Source of the DNA: Atractiella rhizophila
Lineage: Eukaryota
Direction of reading: 5' to 3'
DNA: 38,077 nucleotides
Assembly: GCA_021432655.1 (NCBI GenBank)
Contig: MU271210.1
Coordinates: 1 to 38,077 of the forward strand
Part shown: in pieces, positions 24,874 through 36,626 of the stretch
Position numbering within the stretch: position 1 is the first letter of the stretch
Layout: every line of letters begins with the position of its first letter
Notes under the pieces: model-generated
The model's database searches: none
What the model saw: only the letters and a program-made list of their open reading frames with translations
Told to the model about the DNA's origin: nothing
Position numbers and translations under genes: made by a program

Positions 24874-25257
24874 TCCCTTCCTTCCCTCGTCGCCGGCCTC
24901 GCAAGTGGTGCTATCATTTCTTATGGGACTGTCAGAGCTGTCAGGAACAATAAGCAGGTGGATGTAATACTTGGTCCGTCTTCCGAGACCATTCTCTCCC
25001 CTTCAGTACTTCCCGGCCTCAGCTTCACGTCGTCAAGCTGCTGATGAAATCACACTCTTTCTTCTGTAAACAGGTATCTCTGTCTTCCTTCTCGTTTTCT
25101 TCGGTCGCCGTTTCTTGAACAGCAAGAAAATCATGCCCGCTGGTTTAGTGACTGTACGTCCCATCTCTCGAAAGTGGAGAGAGAACTGACGAATGAATGG
25201 CATAAGGCTCTCAGTGCCATTTCTGTGTTTAGGTACGGGTCAAGGCTGGCTCAGTAG
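24871..25257 (+). pseudogene. 5'-truncated TMEM14 copy
   Basis: Starts at codon 31 (SSLPSL...). The nearest in-frame upstream ATG (24787) is closed by TGA after four codons. Both introns and the stop codon are retained. Confidence 0.8.
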
Positions 25258-26197
25258 TTTTTTGAAAAGATGAATTCTCCATTCCGAGTAAGGACTTTCA
25301 TCGTTGCCGTACTGTTGTGAAACTGAATGTGGAAGAGAGCAAAGTACTGTGACAGTAACGTCACATTCAAGCTTACCTCTTTACGCTCAATTTGTCTTCT
25401 TTCCATTTGACAAGCTTTGCTTTTTGTTTATTTGCTAGGCTCCATATTACTATCCTGTGAGCAAAAGGTGAAGGTGGGTCTTCCGAAAGTAACGGAAAGT
25501 GTTCGGGATTCCCTTTCTCCAGCAGGAGTTCTTGAAACAGTCTCTCCTTTCGAAGCCTTGACAGATCCGAAGCTGGCGTCCGCTGCTCTTGCAGTGCTGA
25601 GCGAAAAGCCAGCCTGACATGAAGCCCACACCAAGTTTTCGTTGACAGAAGCCTCAGTAATTCCTTGCTCATTACCCAAGTACAATATTTAAATTGCTAT
25701 CTTGCGAGCTTGCGGAAGAGGGATCCTTTTGGCAGAACGAACAAGTAATCCTACAAAGAAGTTCTCAAGAGTTGTTCGCCTTCTAGTAAGAGCAATATTA
25801 CGATGAATATTCCAGATTCTATGAATAGTACAGCAAAGTTGGACAACATGAGCGAATAGATGATGGGAGGCCGTTTCTGGACTGAAGATGCAGACGAACT
25901 CGTTCGATTGGACAAGGAGACAGGCCGCCAACAAGTCCAAGTAATTGAACTGGAAGCAGGATAAAGAAGTGTATAAAACCACAATCACGATCTGCCCAAT
26001 AAACAAGCCCATCCTGGAAAGCGAAAGCCGAATGTGAAGCCATTTTGTATTCAAGTTAGAAGCGTTAATAGACCAATTATAAACAGTGTTAGCAAGTGGT
26101 GTCTCATAAATCAAGCTGAAACTCAGCACATGCATCGCTGATCCCATCGTCATGGGTTTCGTGTTCCGCTCGCCGATGCCGATGCCACCAACCTCTT

Positions 26198-29147
26198 TCA
26201 ACCCGAAGGAGGCTGATGTGACGTTGGTATCTTGTCCGCCGAGGGATTGTCCATGGATGAGGAAGGTTTTGGAGAGCGACTACCAAGGGAATAAGCTCGT
26301 GATCGAACAGCTGGCGGACGTTCTGCATCGGGGGAAGAGAGATGTTTTGGGATGGGAGGGAGGGGTGAACCAGGAGGAGGGAGCATCGGCGGAAGTCGTG
26401 CACGGGCAGCGGACTTTGGAGCATTAATATTCTTGCTAGCATGCGTATGGATCGAACTTCCCGAGGCGGTCGACGCGACGGACATCCTTTTTGATGCTAT
26501 ACTCAGCGTCGTAATCTGGCTAGAAGCGCGTGAGCTCTCGAGCGAAGGAGAAGGTGCTAGATCAAGCAGGGCAGCTCCGTTGTAAAGCTCTCTCGGCGAT
26601 GTCGGAGGGCTGCGACTGCGCGAGTGAGCCAGTTGAGGCTCTTGAGAGAATGACAATTCAGTTGTGTTCAGGGAGAATGGAGAAGCTGATCGGACGTCAT
26701 CGATGTGCGCTGAGTTCCTGGGATTGGAAAAGTCTTCTCTGAGCTCTTCGGTATCCGATGGATGCGTCTCGATTGATTCTGTCAGGCTCGAATCCTTGAT
26801 ATAAGGCGATGAGGATCTCATGCTTTCGCTAAAGCTTCCACCACGTCCAAAAGGGAACCTGCCAGTCGTATTGGATCGTCCAAGACCTGCTCAAACAGTC
26901 AGCCTCTTCGTGTCATAGAACCAAATTATCACTTACTACGTCCACGCGCCAAAGCTACTCCATCCGTGGTAGAGGGTCGACTGGGACCTCTCGCTAGAGC
27001 AGGAGTAGGCACAGGTGTTATTGCGCTGTCTGGAGACAAGCTCCTCGTTCGAGCCGCGTCCGCATTGGACGCATTCATCTCGCCAACTACACCCTTTAGC
27101 CATTTCATCCATCCCTTCAACTGCTCTGAGTTCTCCAACTCGATAAACCAGTCCTCCATCTTCCTGACAACTTTGCTAGCTTCGTCGGCAGATCCATACA
27201 TGCCAGTCACGCTGAACTCGGCTGGAGCAGTGGGCAGCCCGTTCGAGAGCTTGTGATAAGCGAGACCTGAGACCTGCATGACAAAGAGTTTCCTAGCTCC
27301 TTCGGCATTGTGGCCAGGGTAATCATCTGTCACACAGATGATCGAATGGTTCGTGAGCTGTAGCCGTTCTTGCTCCTCTGCGGAGGGTTCATTCGACTTG
27401 AAGACGTGGAGATGGTACAAGGTGTGTTGAAGCACCGGAGTAGAAGCGGAGTGGATAGGGTGAGACGAACTCGTAGCCACTGCCGTCGGGCTTTCTCGTG
27501 GAGGGACTGGAGCAGAGCTGGAAAGTGATACGCGAGTGAGAGATAGAAATCGCTGGCGCCATAGCTTGGATTTCTGCTTGAGGACTGAAGGTTTGAACAA
27601 GGAAGTTGATGTCGTGCTGTACTTTGTTACTATCTCTGAGTGCCTGTAACATTCCATAAGGTGGTGCTCAGATGCTAGGAAAGAAAGGCTCACAATTCTT
27701 CTCCCAGAAGCGAACCACGTTTCTTTCCAAACTCACCCAAGAACCGATTGACAGTCGGGACGTTGACGATGGTGGGATCTTCAGATGGAAACGCCTCTAT
27801 GCTCTTCTTCGACTGATGCCTCGACGAGTAAATGCCTGCTTCTCCTTCTTGTCTCGAGGTCGACTGTTGCTTCAACTTCTCCATCTCCTCTTTATGTTCC
27901 TCGAACATTGCAGGGATATTTGGAAGATTCGCTGATGGGCCAACATGACCGTCCAAGCCAGCTTCAGGAGAAGGAATGGAAGGACTGGCAGCCGGGGTCG
28001 ATGAGAGAATCTCATTAAGGATTCTATCTGCAGCTTTCTCAGATTCTGTTAAAGCAGGCAGATCGTGGATAGAAGAAAGGGAAGACACCCGTCGCCTGCG
28101 CAGTTGCGGAGGCTCAAGCTTTTTCTTTGGCGGTGGTCCCCATTCCCACGAGGCTTCAATAGTTGAGACCGCCAGTCTTGTTTTCGTTTTCGATGAAGAA
28201 GAGGGTTGATGGGAAGAGTGGGAGGAACTGTGAGGGAATCCTGATGACGCAGATTGGATGGAAGCGGATGACTTGGAGCCAGATGATACTGAAGCAAGGT
28301 GGTCTTTGGGGGTGACTTTTGACTTTGGACGGGGATTGAGTATTCGGGCTTCTTCGAGGACATCTTCCACATTGCGATTCTTCTTCTCACCGCTTGAAGC
28401 ATCCTGCGCTTTCTCCTTACCTTTTCCTTTCCTGTCGGAATCTTGATCCAACGAATACTTAGAAGAACGATTGGAAGACGCCTTGGACTCCTTTGAACTG
28501 TTTGAGCTCTTGGATCGCAATTGGTCTTGCTCCTCCCTCGAGGAGGTGCCTTCCAAGCTTGAGCCTTGACTTCGAACCGCTCCACCACTACCGCTAGCAC
28601 TGCTTCCGGAACTAATTCCCGTCCCGATTCCCATCATCCTCTTCCCAATTCCAAAAAAACCTCCGCCTCCGCCTCCTCCGCCTTCAGCCGCCGTCGAACC
28701 CTTAGCCGTCCCATTCTGCGAACCCTGCCTCGCCCTATCGCGTTCACTCTCCTTCTTCTTCGGCGGGCCACCGCCCAGCATGACTTGGAGTGGATCAGCT
28801 GCATCGAGTTTCTTCAGGTCAAGCTTCCCTTTCTCTCGCTTTTCCCTTGGTCGATCCTTAGGCTGGCGGGAAGCTCGACTGTCGGAACGAGTTATAGAAA
28901 CCGCCGTCGGAGCCAATCCGTGAGACGGTGTCGCCGAATGCACATCAAGGGAACGCCTGACCGTGCTTCGTTTGCGTTCTGGCGCAGGCGGTAGTGCGGA
29001 CGAGGAAATGATGGGCGAGGTAACATTGGCGGAGAATGGGACGATAGCTTCCGGCTCGAGGGTTAGTGAATTCTCGACTGCAAGAGCTGAGTGCGTGATT
29101 GGAGGGGAGAGAAGGGTTTTAGAGGTTGAAGGAGGGGAGGAGGACAT
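26198..29147 (-). CDS. Ser/Pro-rich protein with a central PH-like domain
   Basis: Three ORFs joined in frame by 50-nt GT-AG introns at 27644-27693 and 26887-26936. PH-like motifs KLWRQRFLSL, YHLHVFKS and WFIELENSEQLKGWMKWLKGVV. Confidence 0.75.
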
Positions 29148-30272
29148 TCTTGAATTCGTGATCGAGCGTAAATGGAGTGGTGCTAGGCGTCGCGAAAGGA
29201 TTTGGAATTCAGAAAGAGCAGGGGTATAAATACTACGAGATGGGCACTGACAGAAGAAGAATATACAAAGCCGTAAAGGATCAATCGTAACCTGAATCGG
29301 CCGACAAGCAAGGGTGAGTGGATTATAACCCCCACGAGGAACAACACGAGGATGGAAGAGACCAATTCCATTTATTCGTCGAACCCATTCAAAATGCAGG
29401 AGAGAAACTCACTTCGATCCTCTGTGGCACTCCGCAATTCCAGCAAATTCAAAAACAGTGGTGCCGACACCTAGAGAGGTCGTAATACTTCATCAACGTC
29501 GTCCACGACCCATCTGAGGTCGAATTAAGTGGTAACAGGGTTTTTTTAGGAATGTGATGTGGAGGAACCAGATGGGATGGTGGTTCTTGAGACTTGGATT
29601 TCTGTTGGAAAGTTTGCGCTTTCCTCCGCACCCTCGCGCCTTGTCGATCCAACTCAGTCATTCTCAGATTGGGTTCGGCTTTGCGTCCTCCCATTCTTTT
29701 GTTTCTCACAGATCTCACTGGATGTTCACAGATCCAGACAGATCTGGGCTCAATCGCCGTCCATCTCAGTTCCTGCAACATCCACCGTATTGGGTGCGCT
29801 TTGACAGTTCTCTCGGGGGTTGTGATAGAGTTTCCAACATTGATTGAGTCGTTGAGAGTGGATTTAGAGGTGCATTTTGGAGGACTGGAAAGCTCTTAAA
29901 TTCAAGATGATTATTACGAGAAGCCCATTATCCAACCATTAACTCGCAATCAGAGAACCTGAGAGAACTTCTTCCAGAGTCCATGAGAACTTTGGGAGGA
30001 CGCTCGGCGAGGGTGATTGAACTGACGATTTGCACCAAATTGAACAACGTCTGTTTGCGCCGTAAGATTCTTGATCGGCCGTCCCTGCTTGAATTCTCGA
30101 ACCCCAGACAGGTGGAAGGTTTCCTGATCTGCCTCGCTTCACAAATCTACCTCTTTCAATGGCGGACCCGACTTGCTGAAGGTGGTCACGCCTGAAGAAA
30201 TGATGGTGAGTACAGAAAAGAGGGGAAAAGAGTAGACAGACCTTGATTGAAACAGACGATGCGAATTGAGTA

Positions 30273-30814
30273 TCAAGCAAACTTGCCCAACTTTCTCGTC
30301 TTCTTCTTCCCCTCCCAAAGATCGACATAATCCCTCTCCTTCCCTCCTTCAGCACCTTCGCTCCTCAACTTCTTTCCCTTCAGCTTCCCACTCCCTCCCT
30401 TCTTCACCTTCCTCTTCCCCCGCTCCTTCTCGATCTCATCCTTCATCTTCTCCAACAAAATCTTATCCTTAATGCTCCTCTTCACCTTTGCCTCATCCAC
30501 CGGCTCTCCAACTTCCTCCTCCTCCACCCCCGTTTCCTCCGCCATGGGAGCCATATCGTCCATAGCGAAATCGTCCTCAAGTGTGTCCCCAACAGAGACA
30601 GAGGTACTCGCGATGGGACCTGGAGCAGACGAGGCAGAAGCAACAGCTGTTTCGGGACGTTCGGATTTGGGAACGAAAGGACGGGAAATGGATGGGGCTT
30701 TTATTCCCATTTTTTCTGCTTTCGTGGGTCGCTGATAGTGCGTTGAATGTTCATACCCTCACACAATCGCGTCGAGAATGAACGCACCTTCTTGAACTTG
30801 GCTGATTTGCCCAT
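30273..30814 (-). CDS. Small Lys-rich uncharacterised protein (about 161 aa)
   Basis: ATG at 30814 gives MGKSAKFKK; a 56-nt GT-AG intron (30732-30787) joins in frame to RPTKAEKMGIK...RDYVDLWEGKKKTRKLGKFA*. Confidence 0.8.
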
Positions 30815-31303
30815 CCCGATAAAATTGTAACCACAAACACCGTGCAGGTAAGATCGATGTTCAACCGTTTATTCCAGTTGAGTGAGAGATGTAATGCTCA
30901 ATAATACCACTTTGAAGTTGTGATCAGAGCTCTCAGAGACACAGATGTTGTAAAGGGAAGGTGAAAATAAAATTTGAGCTGCCAAATCCTGGCATTCCAG
31001 TACAACATCCGGAAGACTCGCGCTTTGGCAGGAAGCAAAGTTGGACCTAGCAGTAATAACTATCTCTCGACTCCCAATCCATGCAAATATGTATGCCAAC
31101 GCGCTCACTCCCTGGTAACACGCCATCAACCTTTCCGTTTGTTACGACTGATTAAACTAATCGCTTGCGAAGATGCTAAACAGCTATTAGAGCAGCGTAA
31201 AACCTGAGTGAGTGGAGGCATGCCCAATTAACAACGTCGATAGAATAATACATCATCCCAAACATCTATGTACGCCTCCCATCCAATCTATTCCCACACT
31301 ATC

Positions 31304-32541
31304 CTATCGCTTCTCTCCCACCGCAGCTTTCTCCTTCTCACTCTCACTCGGCTGTTTCTCAGTCACGCTCCCCTGCTTCTCCTTCTGCTTCTCCGTCTCC
31401 TCTTTATCCGCCAGCCGTGCCTCTGCCTGGTCCATCGCCCTATTCAGATTCGAGATCTCGCCTTCGTTCAAGTTGAAAGACTTGACGAGCAGTTTGATTT
31501 TTGTGCGGTCGAGCAGGAATTGCGGCTTTGCGGGATATGCTGAGGCGAAGGACTCAGGTGAAGGAGGGGCGGAGGTGGAAGGAGTGGGAGGAGGTGATGG
31601 TGGAGAAGTGGGTGAAGAAGGTGATGGGGATGGCGTCAAAAGGATGTCGTCCAGTGTTCGTGACGGTGTGGGCAGGAGCTGGTGCTTATTTATTACGGAG
31701 GAGAGATAGTCAGAGGCTTTCATTGCTGTTCATTGTAACTCATTAGCTAAATCTCCTGACATAAAGGCGGAAAAGTGGAAGACGGGACACACCTCGCCAA
31801 TGTGACCATGCCCTCCAGGCGAGGTAAACAAATGGGAGGTTCGGTACGAGGGGTAAGATGCCAACGGGTACAGTCAAAGGTGTGAGTCTATTGTCTCGCA
31901 TCAATAACAATGATCATCAAAGAGGAAAATAAGGTGAAAACAGAGGAAAGACTGACGCAAGGCATATCCACATCTTTCGCTTGTGAAATGGACGTCTTGC
32001 CTCCACTTGCGCTTTGAGCCCCTTAACTATCTCCCCGCCATCCATCAATGATGGAGGGAACAGCAGAGGTACCTTTAAAGAAAGCGCCCAGTCAACTTGC
32101 GGTTACAGGCAACGAAGCCAAATGAAAGACTCGCACCTCAGGTCCTTCAACCGCCTCTCCCTCCTTCGGCCGCCGCTTCCAAATCTTCGGCGCAAGAGCA
32201 GGATCAATAGCCTTCAAAGCCCATTCCTCAAACTCGATGCGTTGCATGAACCTTTCTCCTGTCATCTACCACCCATCCCGATCATCTCAGTCCCCGTTCC
32301 GCGCCCGTGAAAGACGAGGGAAACTACGCACATACGTTTTATGTTTCCATGTCCCTGTCTGTGCCTTCCCCAGCGCGGTCCATTGGGTAGCTACGAAATT
32401 GGTAGTGCGCTGGAATTGTCGTTGGTAGAATGGCTGCTGGGATGCAGAGGTGGAAACGGTTGAACTGAGGTTCGGCACACAGAGGTAGTATATCAAGTGG
32501 ATGTTTGAGGGTTTGGTAAGGGGCACAGCGAGGAGTTTCAT
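31304..32541 (-). CDS. Mitochondrial K+/H+ exchange-related protein (Mit_KHE1 / YDL183C-like)
   Basis: Spliced MKLLAVPL...QWTALGKAQTGTWKHKTY|MTGERFMQRIEFEEWALKAID...PFHKRKMW...ILPLVPNLPFVYLAWRAWSHWRA..., matching the family signature motifs. Confidence 0.85.
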
Positions 32542-32662
32542 GGTTTCCTCAAGGGGAGGAGTTGTCAGTCGTCTTGGTCGTCAAAATTTGCCAGCTGAAA
32601 CCACGAACGTCATTTCCAACTTCAGAAACCCTGAGAAACCACGACTATACCACAGAACCTGT

Positions 32663-32972
32663 TTGCGAGAACCAAAACGCTAGAAGGATAGAGTGCTTTC
32701 ATCAAGATAGAGGGTTTCAGAAATTGAGAGAGTAATATTTTATTGTGCATTTTTAGGTGAGCGGCAGCTTGCATTGAAATATTGGGACAGATGGGACTAG
32801 CGACTGAGGCTTTGTAGTAGTCGCAGACATAGTATTTCTCAGCAGTATTTCAGCCTCAATAGATGTGCCCATATAGGCGCTGTCTCAATTGTCAATGCCC
32901 TCCGTGGATCTGAGAACGGAGAAGATGCGTTCTAGTCTGAACAATTCTTCTGCATTCTTTTGGTTCTCGCAA
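32663..32972. repeat. 15-bp perfect inverted repeat pair enclosing about 280 bp
   Basis: TTGCGAGAACCAAAA (32663-32677) and TTTTGGTTCTCGCAA (32958-32972). Confidence 0.6.
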
Positions 32973-33828
32973 GTTCTACTTTACCTCTCCTTGCCTGCTG
33001 CCGTACGCAGAACTCCTTTCTGCTTTTGAGATATAAACAACTAATATCCCACATTTACGAGTTGTTACCGCAGCTTGGTGTAAGTAGCGAGGATGTCGAA
33101 ATGCAAGGCAGTTCACAAAGCTATCTGCAAATTCAACCGTTTTGTATTCTCTAAAGATCGAGGCCTGATTTTGAGCGAAGGAGAATCATCAATTAGGGCT
33201 TTTTATGCACATATTCGCATTCAAGACCTTTGAAACTGTACTGATCCAAAACCCAGAAGGAAACTGTATTCTTAGCGTCGGAGGCTGGGCTTCCTTTAAA
33301 CACTAACATAAGACAAAATTAGTTTATCCTTGTCCATTGGTCATTGATGTCAACAGAGGTGTGCGACCTCGTTCCAAGATATCCAACTCTAACATAGCAG
33401 AGTCCCAATACAGAAGCAAAGCCGTCATGGAAGACCACCTGTGCGGCCGTCATGCAAACAGAGTAGACCACTGTTGTCCCTTGCAAGAACATATCACCAT
33501 TAATCTGCAGTCTACAAAGTTGATGTGCAGCATTCTCTTTATACCCTTACTACTTGAAGTCTTCTTGAACATGGCTCAGCACATGCCTTGCATCGCGATC
33601 TGAGGTCGGCTCTGCCATTAATTTATCGCGGCATCGCGAATCATGATGTTTCTGAAATGTCCAACTTGCTCGTTCCTCGTCGGAATCAATCCATGTGATA
33701 CGCAGTCGCCTTCCAGCCAATACCTCCTACTTTACAAATTTATGTCATGACTCATATATCGTCTCCCGAGAGATAAAGGCTGCCCAAAAAATGATCAGCC
33801 AAGGTATTTCGAAGTTTTATCCGGGCAA

Positions 33829-35837
33829 ATGAGCAGCACAATGCGTTTTCTTGCGATTCGACGAACAATATCGACTCCCACTCCGTATCACGTCATTGCG
33901 GTGTTATTCCTGAGTGTGCTGCTTGCAAGTCTTCCTCTTCCCATATTCCCTATCCTGTATCGGTTCCTTGCATGCAAATATTACTTTCGTACGCGCCCAG
34001 AGGTCGACGACCAGGACTTTACGATGAACTTACCTATTTCTCACGATCCCGGTAACAACTTAGTATGAAATTTGATTTGTAACAGTGATAGATAGTTGAC
34101 GAGTAAGAGCAGCCTATCGTTTGTGAGATTGTGGAAGTGGAACGATTAACAGCATCCCTAGCTGCTGGGATCGATACTGTAACGTCGATTTGCACCATCC
34201 TCTCTGTCACCTTCTTCAGCCACTTGGTGAAAGTGTGGGGTAAGGAACCTCACTCGAGAATGTAAACTGAGTTGTCTAACGTACCACTACAGGTCGAAAG
34301 CGAGTGATTTTACTTTCACTTTTGGCATATTCGTTTACTCCTCTCCTTTACATCGCTGCCAGTGAGTATAATATACGTCCTATCACTTCATACTAAATTT
34401 TGATCCCATTACTAGTATGGATGTCAGGAAGAATTGGTTTTGCGTTCGTGGTTTCTGCTAGCTTGCTGGATGGCCTTTTCTCTGGACAACTTTTCTTGCT
34501 TGCTCTCCAAAATTATATAATCGACACTGTTGAAGCTTCCTCACGAGCTGGCTACTTTGCCTTCGCCAGCGGGGTTGCCCGTGTTGCTCTCGCCGCATCG
34601 TCCACCTTGGGAGGCTGGTCCAGCTCCAAGACTGGGTAAGCACAGCGCCGCTCAAGTCGACGGAACGCTGATCTATGGCGCAGTAAAATGAAGACTCCAT
34701 TTTGGATCAGCGCCTTTGGCCTACTTATCACCTTCGTTCTCACGCTCATTTTCCTTCCAGAATCTCTGACACCTGAGAGAAGAGCAGCAATGTCAGCGCT
34801 CTATCCTGAAAATCGAGAGTCCGATCCTGCTACAAAATCGACGTATAACACTCTTTCGAAGATATTAAGGCTGTTCAACATGGTTGAAAATCTCAAGAGC
34901 CTTCTGCCGCAAACGGTGGAAAACGAGCGAACAGGCGTCACAGAGAAGGATTATCGCGTTTTCTGCTGTGCGATCGGATGCTGCCTCACCGATCTTCTGA
35001 ACTTCAGCGGAACCCTCCTTCTACTCAGCGTCACGGTGGGTCTCAACTTCACAACTTCACGAGACACTCAATCTGGATTTAGGCTCGCATGAAACTGAGT
35101 CCGAAGGAAGTAGGGTGGGTATTGTCCTACAATATGGCTCTCACGGCAAGTCTCCACTCCTTCTCTATTTGGCATGCCTGAAACATATTTCAGGGTTCAT
35201 TTCTTCTCTTTGCCTTCCCGCTCATCAGCAGATACGGTCACCAATATTTTGACGGCGTGAAACCATCAATGCGACACCCTCCTACGGAACAAACTCCGTT
35301 GATCACTGAGGAAGCTTCAGCGGCAGACGACGACGTTATACTGGACAATGGCGAACTGTTACAATATCAGCCGAAAGCATCTGAATTCGACAGAGTAGTC
35401 GCCTGGGTTTCATATATCTTCCACGCTGGGGATTTTTTCATCCTGGCTTTCTGCTTCAATTGGCCAGGCATTCTTACAGCACAAGCACTCGGCTCCCTCT
35501 CTAGCGGCAGCAACGCCGCAATTACCAGGCAAGTACCGTTACCTACGTCTGTATTCAGCATTTATTAGTTAAACCAGCTACATGACACAACTAGTGGAGT
35601 TCCCTGGTTCGTATTTCTTTCATGTGCTCACAGAATCTGAAAGACGAAGTAGACAAACTTCTGAGTGCGGTGACGATGCTGCGATCGATCGCCTTCACAG
35701 TTTCCCCCACGATATTCGGTGGAGTCTACGCCCTGACGGTCGCAAAGTTGACATGGGTTCCCTGGGTATTGTGCGGAGCCATGTATCTTCTTGCGGCGGT
35801 CATTACAATTCTTCCAAAGGCGCCGCGAAGCAGATAA
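33829..35837 (+). CDS. MFS transporter (SLC46/TetA-like), paralog 1
   Basis: Multi-exon hydrophobic protein with motif-A-like LVKVWGRKRVIL, NYIIDTV, FLPESL, VSPTIFGGVYALTV. Includes GC-AG introns at 35146-35193 and 35529-35577. Confidence 0.85.
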
Positions 35838-36626
35838 ATTGATATTTACGGACAAACCAGACTGCATTCCTTCTGTTATCATGGCGATGCTACGCCCATT
35901 AGCTTGTAGTGTGCAGTATCAAACGGATCATGATGACATGCAGTGGATAGAGTAGTTTCCTGTTGCATTCGACCCTGTTCGCCTCCGGTGCAGGAAGGTA
36001 CACCAAATTACATCGTGTTCGGCTTTCAGGCAGACCCACTTCGACGATCATCTCCTCCAAACATAGCCCTGTAGCATTCAGTTTAAAATACTGCTCAACA
36101 TCTTGCTGAGGATAGGTTATGCTCTCACGTCATCTGAGAGGTTCATTATTCCTCCGTCTTATTGCAACGCAACTAGGGATGTCTACCGGTAACCTGCGGG
36201 TTTTGATCCTTTGGACAGGTAAAATAACCTGAAGCTTTCCTCTACAAGAAGCACATCTACAACCTTCATTATAGGGATAAAGCAAAATAAGGCATTGCTG
36301 AACGAAAGGAAAAAGCCACATTGAGGCGTCAAAGTGTCAGTTTGATGCCATTTTGAGCTTTCCGGCCTCCCAACTCATAAAAATTCTACTTGTTGTAACT
36401 TGTTGTAGCCGCCATCAGGAGCAACTTGTCTGAAGAGCTTTGAACGCGTGCAAAGGAAATCAGTAGACAGGGTTGTGTGGTAGGTCATGACTCTCACATA
36501 AGTCTTAGCCGAGCAAAAAAGGTATAATGATATAAAACCCTTTAATTGACTATTTGACCGGCTTTGACAGCAAGAGTTGTTCAAAGGAATAGTTAGGTGG
36601 GGTATTTTGACACTTCCTTCAGGAAA

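Larger units (their letters stand above)
22807..26848. repeat. Direct tandem duplication: copy 1 about 22807-24870, copy 2 about 24871-26848
   Basis: Same ORFs recur at an offset of 1975 (e.g. 24223/26198). The junction ...CCACG-TCC-TCCCTTCC joins PH-gene sequence (cf. 26841-26848) to TMEM14 sequence (cf. 22807) through a 3-nt TCC microhomology. Confidence 0.95.

Noticed and set aside
24787..24900. Chimeric protein across the duplication junction
   Set aside because: ATGs at 24845, 24834 and 24783 are out of frame with TMEM14, and the in-frame ATG at 24787 hits TGA after four codons.
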